Part shown: positions 51,723 to 64,000 of the stretch, piece after piece | How positions within the stretch are numbered: position 1 is the stretch's first letter | Layout: the number at the start of each line of letters is the position of its first letter | Origin: Geosiphon pyriformis uo1 | Lineage: Eukaryota; Fungi; Glomeromycota | NCBI GenBank assembly: GCA_016748015.1 | Contig: JAAOMT010000175.1 | Coordinates: forward strand, 40,056 to 104,055 | Direction of reading: 5' to 3' | Length of the DNA stretch: 64,000 bases | Program-made: the position numbers and the translations under genes | Notes under the pieces: model-generated | Databases searched by the model: none | Told to the model about the DNA's origin: nothing | What the model saw: the letters and a program-made list of their open reading frames with translations, nothing else

Positions 51723-54057
51723 ATAAATACAAATACTTATTAGCAATTACATCAGTATCTATTAATACTACAGTTCAAAGAGATATTATCTTAACAAAAA
51801 CAAAGTAATATATAAAAACAAGCTTGTAATTATTTTATCCAGAACAATTAACTATATTGCTGAAAATGCCAAAACCACACTACCCTACAATAAATTATAA
51901 AAGACAATAAAAAAAAACTATTTTATATAACATGCATTTTGACTTGACCACAAGACATTTTAACAAAGATACTACTTTAAAAAAAACAATGAACATATAT
52001 TATTGGTCAACAATATATAAAAATATTTTTGAATATATCTTTAACTATGACTTATATTAATGAAGAGAAGAAGCTAGAACAATAAAACCACTTCAACTCA
52101 TTCTAGTTGGAAATTTATTTGATAGAATAGAGATTAATTTGGTTGGTTTTTTCTCAATTACATTTAAGAGAAATTGTTACATAGCTGTAGCTATAGATTA
52201 CCTTACTAAATGGCCAGAAACCAAAACAATTCAAGTAGTTAACATTAAAACAATAGCCAAGTTTGTACACTGTTACCAGAGGTTTTTGGTCTCTTCTTAG
52301 CTCTTGTATGTTTGTTGTAATGCTGTTAATTTACGACTATGGGAAATGTTTGAACCTCCAATAATTGAATTTATCCTTTCAAATTATTTTCTATAATTTG
52401 AATTGCTGGGCTTATAGTGAAATGGCCAATTCCGTGCCAGTTACTTTATGTAGTTACGTTGTAGTAAATGTCAACTTTTTCCCAGGAATTGCTCGTCTGG
52501 AAGCTTATTAAAAATGTGTAGTTACTTTGCTGTAAAATTCAACTCTTCTACAGGAATCTTGTCTGTAAGCTACCCTAATGATTGTAATAAGAAAAAAAAA
52601 GAAAAATAAAAGAAATGTAAAAAAAGTAGGATTTTATCAAGGGAAAACGTTTTTTTCTATCCAGACCTGGAGTCACTAACAATTTACTGAAATTGGTAGC
52701 TAATCAATTTCAAAATGTTAGTTGGGTTTTAGGGATTTTCTAAGTGTAATAATTAAAGAATTTGGTTTTTTTCAAATTATTTGATATTTATTTCTTTTTG
52801 TGTGTATAGAAATGGTTCTAAATAATAAATCTAAAGTAAGATACATTTTCTCGAAAAGAGAAGCTCTTTTTTTATACAACTTGTTGTAACACTATTTTAT
52901 GAACTTGAACTTTGCTCTTTTCTACAATTTAACTGAACTAAAGATACATTTCGGCAAACTACAAGTTATTTCTGCAAACTATTAGATATTTCAGTGAATT
53001 TCTACAAATTTCGACAAACTTTTGAATGTTACATAGTTCAGGGTATTGCATAATTGATCATCACAATTATGTTACATTTGTGTTATGTACAAATTGGGTT
53101 ATTAATTAAATGATAATTTCAGATATTTTGCTAAATGTAATAAGTGATAATTAAAATGATAATATGCTAATTAATGATAGAAATTATAAGGATAATTTCA
53201 TGCTAAATAATATCTTTAATTTTGTCTGGTAACAATACCAAGATTTAATTTGTTATCATAAATGCCCAAAAGAATTGTTATCTGACCAAGAAACACATTT
53301 TGTCAATAGTAGATTAACTAACTAAGCCAATAGTTTGGAATAAAACTACTTTTATTATTATTATATTACTTACAATCAAATAAACTGATAGAATAATTTA
53401 ACCAAACATTATGTGAAGCATTAGCAAAAATAAGTAACAAAAATGCACAAGAATAAAACTTATTTATATCTTCTGTATTATTTGCATACTAAACATTAAA
53501 AGCAAAATACTATCCAGTTCATACCATTTAAACTAGTCTATGGAAGGAAAGCTATCTTATTTATTGAACAAAAAATACCTTCTTTTCTAACAAAAACTAT
53601 TACTGAGGAGAATTTTGAAATTATCTTATATCAAAGAACATATTAACTTATAGAAATATTGGAAAACAATTGTAAAACAGCAGCTGACAATATTAGCAAA
53701 GCTTAAAAACAACAAAAAAAAAGACATAATAATCGCATACCTAACCAACCAATCAAATTCAAGATTGGAAACCAAGTACTATTACATCATACAAAGACTA
53801 AAAAACAGTGAAATGAGAAGTTTAACCCAAAGTAAGATGATTTATTTCACATACACAAAGTTTTAAGCAATAAAGCTTACAAATTATAATTGGAAGATAA
53901 GATTTTAAAGAAAGTAACACATAGAAATTGGTTAAAAATTTTTCATACAAAACAAAAATTATTATTATCTGTACTTCAACTAGAAACACAAATTCTATTA
54001 ATTAGACTTGAAAATATACCATGAGATTTGGAACCAATTATCATTATCGAAACATAA
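51723..54057 (+). pseudogene. Integrase of E (stand-alone ORF), split by a solo LTR
   Basis: MHFDLTTRHF, DYLTKWPE, AKFVH|QDLIC, SDQETHF. Confidence 0.85.
52271..53234 (-). mobile_element. Solo LTR of a D-related family inside the integrase of E
   Basis: TGTTACCAG...CTGGTAACA; colinear with 32373-33344; TSD ACAC/ATAC. Confidence 0.92.
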
Positions 54058-54138
54058 TTAATACATGACTATTTAATTGGAAAATTTAAGTATATATAAC
54101 CATTAAAACAACAAAAATAAATTGATAGAACTTGCAAT

Positions 54139-54910
54139 ATGAATTTTTTAGATCAAATTCTGCAACTCTCAAAACAACTATTTAATACAATTCAACAATT
54201 TACCACTTAAATAGAAATTACTATTAATAAAAAAGAGATACAATACAAAAACAGGAGTAGAAAAAAGATGGGTAAGAGTTTAATTAAAACTAAATAATCT
54301 CATCCCTATAAACAATCTTCTATTTTAGTGGTCAGTACTTTGCACAACAATTAAGGAAAGAGGAGGACAAAAAAAAAGAAAGAAATACATTTTGGACAAA
54401 GCTCAATACAATTAAGAAGAAGAAAAAGATAACAGAAATAAATACATGTTAGGCAAAGCTCAAAGAAATTAAAGAAGCTTTGAGCAGGCAAATGTTAAAA
54501 CCAGTAACAGAAAAATAGATAATAGAAAACTTTAAAGTATGAAAAAAAAACTGCCACTAGTCTACTGGTTTTATAAGATTAGTGAACAACTAAAATTGAG
54601 TACATTATACAAAAATTTTAACCATCAGACATTTAACAAAGCAGCTTTTAAACAAGTAGAAAAATTCATAAAAAAAAGCAACATAATACTAAATTATAAA
54701 GCAGCATACTGCTTATACTTAGCATTCAAATATTGACCAGCCATACTACTAAACAGTTCATTAACAACTATTATAATCAACAATATAGGACAAATAACAA
54801 ATAATCAATTTAAAAACTTACAAAAAACAATACTCAATGCTATAATTAAACACTACACAAAGAACACAGATTTTACAAATACATACAATTTCACACAAGC
54901 TTAATTTTAA
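54139..54910 (+). pseudogene. ORF3 of E
   Basis: MNFLDQILQLSKQLF...EITINK...YWFYKISEQL...YKAAYCLYLAF...NIGQITNNQF. Confidence 0.68.
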
Positions 54911-54924
54911 AAAAAGAGGGATAA

Positions 54925-55910
54925 TATTACCTAAGTAAAAAAACCAATCCAAAGTCATGGAGAAAACATGACCAAAAATGTGATGTTATGAAATAACACA
55001 AAATAATACAAAAAAATACAGAATAATATGTAATAACTCAGGATAACATAATACAAAACTTAATAATATATTATAACATAAAATAACTAGTTAAAACATA
55101 GAATAACTAGTAATAATATAGAAGAATAAAGTAATAACAGAAATAGCAAAGCAATAGCTAGCAAGAACAAAACAATTAAAAAGCAATTCTATAGAACCAA
55201 GAAGAATATATAAAAATGAGTAGTTGTAGAAGTTAAAAAGACAGCCAGACAAAAATTAATTTTCTTTCTATATAGCTATTATATTTTATGAAAAATAAAA
55301 GACTTATTTAAAATTTAAAATAATTAATACATGATTATCTACTATTCTATGTTCTTTTTAAACTAATTTTTGTTTTATACTTTTATTCTGAGACAGATGT
55401 TCTTAGCATAAACACCTGAAAAAACTAATGACTTAAACCAATTGCTTTTAATCACAGTGATTGACAATACTAATTTATTTATTTTTATTTTTATTTTTAT
55501 TTTTTTTATTTTTTTTTATTCTCTTTTGTAAAGTGGCAACATAGAAAAATCAACTGTCTGAAAATAGACTTTATAATAGCCTAATAAAAAAAGGAAGTTC
55601 TCTTTAAGTTTGAATAGTAATATTATCTTGGTAGCTTACCAAAAAGACAAAAAACACTACCAGACCTTAATAACTGTGCTTGTTGGTTCAGAGAAAATAA
55701 CTCATATTTACAACAAAAGTTGTAAAACATGAAAGTAAAAATTCTGTGTCTTATAACCAAAAAACTTCACAAGTAAATACACATTCAAAGAAAGATTTTC
55801 AGAGACTGATAATAAAAATCAGCTGTATTACAAAGACCATTCAAAGCTTTTATCACTTAAATTAGAGTACCAAATATTACCACCATACTCCACTAAGTTT
55901 ACCCATAACA
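54925..55910 (+). repeat. 3' LTR of E
   Basis: Follows the PPT; ends TAACA. Confidence 0.92.
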
Positions 55911-58294
55911 GTGGCCATCAACTTTTATATTGGTGTACATTACAGTAATTGGTTTTGCTTTAAAAGTGGCTCTACTGAATAGAAGCATTTTGACTGGTTT
56001 TTTAAGTTCAAAAAAAAATAATAGTAAGTAATTTGTCTTTGGTAATGATTGCTAGTAGAATATTGTGAATAGATAATTGAGTTTGATTGAATTTTAATAG
56101 ATTAAGTATAGTGATTTCTGGAGATACTAAGAGACTTAAATAGTGTTGAACATTCAGGTTTTGGGCATAGTTAATTTCCAAATTTTGCTGTTATGATTTC
56201 AATTATTGGGCTGTTAAACTGGGAATTAGTTAATGTATTACTATCATTGATCTCCAGTTCTGACAGATTTAAGTAGTCCTCAGCCTTTGGCTTCTGTTTT
56301 GATATAAGTCTTATGGCTGGGTTTGAATTTGTTGGGATTGATAAATAACTTAGAACTGTAGTTAATATATTATTGGTACTAGAAGCTAATAAATTGGCAG
56401 TAAGTATATTGTTTGTTGCATTATTGAGGTGTAATGAAGTTAATATAGTTGATAATTTGGAGTTTAAAATTGGTGATTGGGGTTTCAATATTGATTTCCT
56501 GATCATTAATCATTTAACTGAGTGTAGCAGTTGATTTGCAAATGTCTTTGTTTACTATAATAGTAACAAATATGCATTTTTTGTTATTACTGTTAATTGG
56601 TTGATAAAAATAGATGCAGTTGATTTTGAAGATGATTTGGGTTCTCTGAATTACTGTGACATTGTAAAAATTAATAAATTGCTTAATTGTTAGTTAAATA
56701 TTCCTCTAATTTTTGATTAATAGAATTACTAAATTGTTTTAATTTGGAGTTCAAGTTAGATGATTTATTTATTACTAGATTAATGACTTAAGTGTGGTTG
56801 GCTTTCAGCTCAGCTGATTTAAAATTTTAGGCATATGTGACTGCATCTTAGAGTGTTTGTAAGTGCAATAAACATATGTATTGTAAAAAACTACTGTGTA
56901 GACCACAAATAAATTAATTTAAGATTTATAGTACAGTAAAATAATTTGCATTGATGACTTGTATTTATTACAGATTTCAATAAAAGTGTCTTAAGTAAGT
57001 AGTAACAGCTTTAGTATCTTTTTACTTAATGATAGTAAGAATATTTGCTAGACAATTGATGCTGTTATTGTTACTAAAATATCTTAGAAATTCCAGTTTA
57101 AACATATTGAAGTCTTGAGACTTCTGGATCAAGTGTTAATATCATAAGTTGGTAATATCTTAAAGAAAGTATGAAATTGTCTATAATGCTTTGGCATTGT
57201 CTTATCTATTGACTGTGATGGCTTTTTTTACATCATTGAACTAAACTTGTGTGTTGTTTTCTTTACCAGTAAATTTCTTAAGTTTTGTAATTGATGTGTA
57301 TGCCATTAATGCAAGTAATAGTTGTAGTTGTGGTTGTTGTTAAGGTTGTTGTTGTGGCAGTAGTAGTTGTAGCTGTTGTTACAGTTATTGTGGTTTGGCA
57401 ATTGGTGCAACTGATGATAAATTGATCATAATTACTGAAGGTAAGTTTTGGAGAACAATAAGAGCTGGGTTTGAATTATTTGGGTTTTGCTGGATTGAAA
57501 TAATCAGAATTTGAATTTTCAGATTTTCTGAAATCAGGTTTTGATAATTAAATTCTTAATTTTCATCTTCTTTCTCTTCTGAGTTGGTTCTTTCCCAAAG
57601 ACTAATGGCTCTAAAATTAGGTTAAGGTGGCAGTAATCAAAATCTTAATAGTATTAATAATTATAATTTAAATTCTTCAAAAAAATCACCATAAGTTTCC
57701 AATAAATCAGTTTTTTCTTGTTAGCTTTAAAACATTATTCTTGCTGATGGTGTTTTTGTTAATGATAATACAACTTCTAATAGTATATTAATAGTACTTT
57801 TAAGTATATAATAATATGATAAATGTATAAGTAAAATAATTTTTGGCTTCTTTCACATCAGTAGTTGTATTCTTCTTGGTGTTTTTGTCAGAATTTGTAG
57901 TTTTTTTTTGTTTTTGTTTGCATAGGTAATGGAAAATTTTTGTTGGGTGTAACTTTCAATTTTTCAGTTAATTTCAGTAATAGTAGAAGCAAAATTGTAA
58001 TTTAATAGTAAGTTGGTATATTGAATTAATTCAATATAGAAATTTTCTTTTGCTGATTTAGTATCTGTTGGTTTTTCTAGAAAGTAGGTAATTCTGTTAT
58101 TGACATAACAATTGAAGACTAATTTGGCTGGCCAATGATTGTTGATTAATTTTAACTATTAGTAATATTGTTGAAATAGAGATTTTGTGAATTCTAAGTA
58201 ATTTGTCCTTATTATTTCTGATTTTGCCACTGTTTCAAATAGTTGTTACTGGTGCTAATTTTTTGTTGAATTATATCTTACAGAGAGCACCAAA

Positions 58295-59024
58295 TATTAC
58301 AGGTAATTATTTAGAATCTGGAAACAAATAACAAATTTATAACTTAATGCTCAATATCTTGGTGATATTGGTAATATCTGAAGGTTTTTGTATTTAAAGA
58401 TTTTAGATGAAGTCTTTTGTATAATAGACAGAGATTTAATGATTGTTTTAATAGCTTTCTAAAATAGTTATTCCATCAATTTCTTTTTCAATATGGTGGC
58501 TGGTTTATTTTGGCAGTTATGCTCTTCTAATAAGCTATCTATTAATATATATATTCGATTTTACTCTTATTTTTGGGTTTTTTATCAAACTATTTTTAAT
58601 GTTAATATTACTCAATACTTAATCTCTTTAATTAGTAAGTAAGTTAACACAACAAAAGAAAATAAAAAAAAATAAAAAAAAAATAAGAAAATTAGTATCC
58701 TGTCAATAGCTGTAATTAAGAGCTATTGTTCCAATATAATTAAATATTAAATATTATTAACATAGAGTATTAATAATAGATGAATAATGAGAATTCTTAA
58801 TCAACTGATAATAATATGGATTTAGATGATAATAAGTATGTTTTATTGAATATTTTATAAATTTATTTCAAATATTACTGTTATATATATATAGTTAATA
58901 TTATATGAGATTTTTAAAATCCTGCAATCTTTTTAAAAAAATTCTGGAATTCCTTTGTTACTACACTTACTTCTGATTGGCTATTTTTCTAACTATATAA
59001 TATTCTTAATTTTTATAAATAATA
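58295..59024 (-). repeat. 5' LTR of F
   Basis: Adjacent to the PBS; colinear with 34685-35614; both termini show TG>TA decay. Confidence 0.8.
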
Positions 59025-59155
59025 ATGTGTATTTCTTACCACAAATTAATAAAATATTGGACACTCTAGAAAAATTTAAATAGTTTTCAATCCTAGATCT
59101 TATTAGTGAATATTGACAAATAACCATAAATTCTAATGATTAAGACAAAACTAGA
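59025..59155 (+). pseudogene. Gypsy RT fragment (target of F)
   Basis: VYFLPQINKILDTL..FSILDL..Y*QI. Confidence 0.65.
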
Positions 59156-59157
59156 CC

Positions 59158-60456
59158 AAACCTTGTAGTTATAATTCTATATTTTCTTGTAAAAATAAAT
59201 ATAAAAATAACTTTAAAAATTTTTATTAATACTATAATTTAAGTTGTATTTCAGTCTAGTCTTACAAAGAAAAAAATTAACATAAAAAGAGAAATTATTA
59301 ATACTGGATACACAAAAAACATTAATATAATATTATAAAACAATTTTAACAAACTTTATATAATTAAATTACAAAAAAAAATTGCCCAAGCTATTTTTCT
59401 GCTTTTCATAAAAATACTACTATTAAATCCTTGTTATCATGCACAAAAAATTAGGTTTTACTGCTTAAGAAATTAACAAATTTGAATCAAGTAAAAAAAA
59501 ATGTACCAATTAATTTTATAGAGGATAATAGTAACAAAATAGAACTCATCTACACTAATATAGTTATCTCCATTTTTGTATATTAATAGTTTATTTTAAA
59601 AGTGGATTGAAAATTTTAATATCAAGCTTTATTATTCAAAGCTAATCCAGAAATTTGTTCTCTAATTAATGTTATTAACTTATATATATCTGCTAAAGTT
59701 TACAAATATTTCAAAATTTCTATTTACAATCTTATGGAAGAGATTATTAAAATTCTTGAAGAGATCCTTATTAGTTTTATTTCTTCAGACATTTAGAATC
59801 TTAAGAGATCCCAGTTTATTCCTAATTTACACAATTGGTTTTATTTTGTAACATTATCTTATAAGTATAAAATCTGTCAAAAGAAAGTTATTTGTTTATA
59901 CTGAAAAAAATTGCTAAACTAAACTTGAAAAATTTAAGTATCTTATAACAGATACAACTTAAAGTTTTTTTGAATTAATATACTAATATCTTTGCCAGCA
60001 AAAATAAATTCAGATACACTGATATTATAAAGCACCAGATTAACATAAAAAATGTCAGATCTATTAAACAACAATTTGATTAAACAAAAAATACAATAAA
60101 TATTAAATAATAGATTAATTAAAAAATCATTAAGTCCTTGGTTTTTTCTAATAGTATTAGTTACCAAAAAAAATAGGAAAATACATTTTCTGTAAACTAC
60201 CAAAAGCTCAACAGTATTACTCAAGAAGACAGTTATCCAACTTTTTTTATTCAGGAAATTTTGAATAATTTAAAAAATAAGAAATGGTTCTCTTCTTTAA
60301 ACTTAGTTAATGAATATTGGCAAGTCAAAATAGACTTCAAGAACAAAAAAAAAACAGCATTCATCATGTAAAATAAAAATTTTGAATTCAACATAATGCT
60401 TTTTGGACTTTGCAATGTCTTAGCTATCTTTTAACATTTTATAAATATTGTATATA
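59158..60456 (+). pseudogene. E-like dUTPase-to-RT fragment
   Basis: Colinear with 48680-49514 plus 50389-50880 (without the solo LTR); FSVNY, FSSLNL, FGLCN. Confidence 0.8.
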
Positions 60457-62957
60457 GGGCATGCTGCAACAAAACCAAACAAAGTGAACATTCTATTATG
60501 TAACATAAATGAAAGGCTGATTTTATAATATGGCTGTAAAATTGACCAGTATGACTAATGACGTTTTGAAAAGTAATAATGGTGCTCATTCATAACTTAT
60601 AAACTTGTTAATTTTAATACTCACTTTATCATACCAGAATGTGATGAATATAAACCATAACAGGATTAACATAGGATTATTTCTATATAAAAATAAAATA
60701 TATGAAACTAATTTACATTAAATCCACTATGGAACCCAAGAATTACAGCACTATTAGAAGCATTCAAAAGAAAGCTCAAGGAGAAAAAATTGCTCCATAC
60801 GTTTTTAAAATCAAAGTTCTCCAGAAATACCTAGATCAAGAAAAATTTACTTATGAAATTTATCAAGAAGAAAGGAAAATAATAACTAATAAACGAGCAT
60901 TAACAACAACACATGATGAACCAAGAAAGAAAAGAAAACTAGAAGCATAGCTCTTTCTTTATTACCATTTGATTACCATCAGTAATTTCCATGATTCTTT
61001 ATATACTGTTCGAGTAAGAATAATAATAAATATGATAATTTTGGTTCGCTGTGCCCAAGTACTACAAATCCGACACAATTCATGACCAGCAAAACTTGTA
61101 TCGTTTTAGAAACTATGGGTAAGTATTAAAGGTAATAAAAGGAAACACTAGGAGAGCAGCCCACGTTTTCGTTAAAAAACAAATTACAATCGATCGAATT
61201 GCAACTGCATTATCTACAAAAATCAACCAATAATCCCACTCAAAATGATCACTTTCGCTATTGAAATCTTCTGCGAGTTACTGCTGCTGATCACGCTTAT
61301 CGCTGGTACTTCGCTCTACCATAAAACTCACAAGCAAGTCCGAACTACAACTCAAACCCTTTTTCAAGCGATAAAATCAAGGACAATTAAATCAAAATAC
61401 CAGCTGCTCATTGAGCGGAAATATTTATCAAGTTTGTGGGAAGAGCAACACATAGACCCCAAAATCATCCTGTTCAAGTTTTTTTTTCTTCATTGTTTAC
61501 TAAAAATTTATTTTGGAGAAATCCTTTTTCAAAGTTTCTTCCGGTAATTCTTAAATCACGAGCCTTTTGCTCTTGAATAGTTTGGACTTCTTTTTGGAGT
61601 TCGGCTTCCCGCTCTTGGATTTTTTCTTGGTTTAATTTTTGTTCTTGGGTCAGGTAATCGTTAATTCGGGTGTTGAGGTCTTCCAAATTAGCTGGTTTAT
61701 AACTATCCTGAAAACCAGCCAGATGTGTTAGCAACCGTTTACAAATCGCGCGAAAGAAATAGCATTATTGCTTTTATTCTAAAAGGCCTTCACCAACAAA
61801 AATTCTCGAGAAAAACTATCAAAGCGCTTAAAAATTGGGTAGATACATACTTTGTATAAGAGAGTAATAAAGAGAATCGATTGTTGTTGTAACTATTTTT
61901 TGCAATTCAAATTCAGTTATCCATTATCATACGACTCGTTACAATACGCACGTAAAAAACAATTCCTCACTTCCGAAAACAGAAATGCAGCAGAATACAA
62001 TACAACAATTAAACCATTTGTTAATTGTTCCATAACGTGATATGCAAAAAAGTATATAAAAGAGATTTCCCTTTGTTTTCATTATCCTTTGTCTGACAAA
62101 AGCATGGAGGGTTCCCAATCTGCTTTGCCAAGTGTGCTGGATCCAGGTAACTATAGTTAATTCGGCGCTTCAATACAGAGAAATATCACATGATTGTGTA
62201 AGTAAAACATATAAACAGGGCTGAATTGGGTGGACGCAGATCGCGACTATTCCTTTTTATCACTATCTTTCACTAACTTACGAAAAACATCTAGACATGG
62301 ACGTAAAAGTATTTTATTGGAAATACGGTAAAGACTATCCCAGCGCAACCTTTGAACAATGGGATGCTGCATACAACGAATACAAAGACTTCTACGCTAA
62401 ATACCATCAAGACAACCCTGGCGCGACCACAAACTGCTATGAGGAATACCTCAAGACAAAGCAAGGTAAGCAATGAATACACGTTTATTGGAGGATAGAG
62501 GAGCAACGGGGAGAAGAGTTTGAATACTGTTACTGGTTTTGTGCTATATTGCAAGAGAGGCAGTTGGAGGTTGTTAGTTGGGGCAGAGCTGATCGTAGCA
62601 GAGCTAGGTTTATACGTAAACTCGTTTCAAAGGCAAATAAGCAAGATCAATAGTTTGGGTTAATAGAGGAGCAGTGGAGAGAGAATAATTCGAATGCTGC
62701 TGTCGCATGCATTCTGTATGTTGGGTCTCCTTGTTATATTTCGCTTGTCCACCTCTGAGAAATGTCGGCAAACTGTAACTAAATACCTTTTTTTGCACTA
62801 CTACAGGACATCGAGGAAGACTAGGTATGGAGTTACATTTCGTCTTTTGTATTCATACGTTTTGTTCTTATATCATAACCTCGTGGTCTGATAGGAGGGC
62901 TAGGTGGCACTATTATAGCTGGTGATGAGCTTGGCCATGGGTACGAAGGTGTTGATA

Positions 62958-63451
62958 NNNNNNNNNNNNNNNNNNNNNNNNNNNNNNNNNNNNNNNNNNN
63001 NNNNNNNNNNNNNNNNNNNNNNNNNNNNNNNNNNNNNNNNNNNNNNNNNNNNNNNNNNNNNNNNNNNNNNNNNNNNNNNNNNNNNNNNNNNNNNNNNNNN
63101 NNNNNNNNNNNNNNNNNNNNNNNNNNNNNNNNNNNNNNNNNNNNNNNNNNNNNNNNNNNNNNNNNNNNNNNNNNNNNNNNNNNNNNNNNNNNNNNNNNNN
63201 NNNNNNNNNNNNNNNNNNNNNNNNNNNNNNNNNNNNNNNNNNNNNNNNNNNNNNNNNNNNNNNNNNNNNNNNNNNNNNNNNNNNNNNNNNNNNNNNNNNN
63301 NNNNNNNNNNNNNNNNNNNNNNNNNNNNNNNNNNNNNNNNNNNNNNNNNNNNNNNNNNNNNNNNNNNNNNNNNNNNNNNNNNNNNNNNNNNNNNNNNNNN
63401 NNNNNNNNNNNNNNNNNNNNNNNNNNNNNNNNNNNNNNNNNNNNNNNNNNN
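62958..63451. other. Assembly gap (494 N)
   Basis: Run of N. Confidence 1.
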
Positions 63452-63667
63452 ATATACAGTTAGTGTATATCCTCCTGTAATTATGAAAAATGTAGGAAGG
63501 CTAATCTGTATCCTCCTTCTGGGTTGACCTATCGCTTGATAGTAGTGTTAGACAGAATGTTTTTGCAATCACTCTTTCCATCAATTTGCTGGTTCTTTGG
63601 AATCTAACAATAGCCAAAAATAATAAACTGACATGTTCTGCTTGCTAAAGCAATTACGTTTGTAAAG

Positions 63668-64000
63668 ATGAATTTAAAAATAATATATAGGATTACCCGT
63701 ATCAGGTATATGGAAAATTATAATTATAATGGTTCGACTGAATACGAAAAAGCAATACGTTTCCTGGAGATAGGTTTTAATTGTGGTTGTTCAAAAATGA
63801 TTCCGAGAGAGAAGTTTGCTGAATTACGTGAGGCGTTTCACGCTCTCTCTAGATCCGAACAAGACATATTTTTAATGGCCCAGCTGAAAGCAATGAATGG
63901 TGGAGAAATAACTGCCAGTCGACGCCTTAAAAAGAAAACGCGTACTAATAAGCGAACGTTTTACTACTGAGATCGGAATACGCCGCTTTGTCAGAAAACG
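63668..64000 (+). pseudogene. N-terminus of a probable DNA transposase (Sola-like), running off the window
   Basis: CGCS...FAELREAFHALSRSEQDIFLMAQL...KRTFYY*DRNTPLCQKT resembles the CxC...R..F..L...EQD..L...(V/L)C pattern of Sola transposase N-termini; in-frame TGA at 63968. Confidence 0.45.

Larger units (their letters stand above)
44034..55910 (+). mobile_element. Ty3/Gypsy element E (dUTPase-bearing) nested in the protease of F
   Basis: LTRs 44034-45006 and 54925-55910; TSD GTGA/GTGG; PBS TTTGATGCTT at 45007; PPT AAAAAGAGGGATAA. Confidence 0.92.
41180..59024 (-). mobile_element. Ty3/Gypsy element F (A-like, dUTPase-bearing), 3'-truncated within RT and interrupted by E
   Basis: 5' LTR 58295-59024; PBS 58283-58294; gag about 58280-56500; protease split at 55911/44033 (KVDGH|FIKLILDS); Cys-rich domain about 43460-42840; dUTPase about 42600-42190; RT to about 41180. 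Confidence 0.85.

Noticed and set aside
62922-63527. 201-aa ORF
   Set aside because: Mostly assembly-gap Ns.
1-64000. tRNA, rRNA or intact host genes
   Set aside because: None recognisable; tRNA-like ends occur only as PBS complements.

Overview
About 60.4 kb of this window is a gene-free, AT-rich, CpG-depleted nest of decayed retrotransposons from a eukaryote. The protein families resemble those of Glomeromycota fungi such as Geosiphon (inference from protein resemblance only). It contains four essentially full-length Ty3/Gypsy LTR elements: A 483-18162 (+), B 5710-13364 (-, inside A's dUTPase), D 23464-33344 (-, inside a LINE) and E 44034-55910 (+, inside the protease of F). There is also a 3'-truncated element F (about 41180-59024, -), six solo LTRs, pol fragments and three LINE relics. 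Nesting goes four levels deep, and most insertions have recognisable 4-bp target-site duplications. All coding regions are pseudogenised by C>T/G>A changes. The most unusual signal is an architecture shared by four different LTR families. The Gag-PR-(Cys-rich domain-dUTPase-dUTPase-like domain)-RT-RNaseH frame stops just after RNase H. Integrase is a separate ORF with its own start and a Ginger1-like N-terminus. A third conserved non-env ORF of unknown function sits before the PPT. Several LTR families also carry a U5 sequence complementary to their own PBS. From about 60455 the sequence abruptly retains CpG and contains short unassigned ORFs, a 494-N gap and the start of a probable Sola-like transposase. 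All coordinates and alignments were derived by eye.
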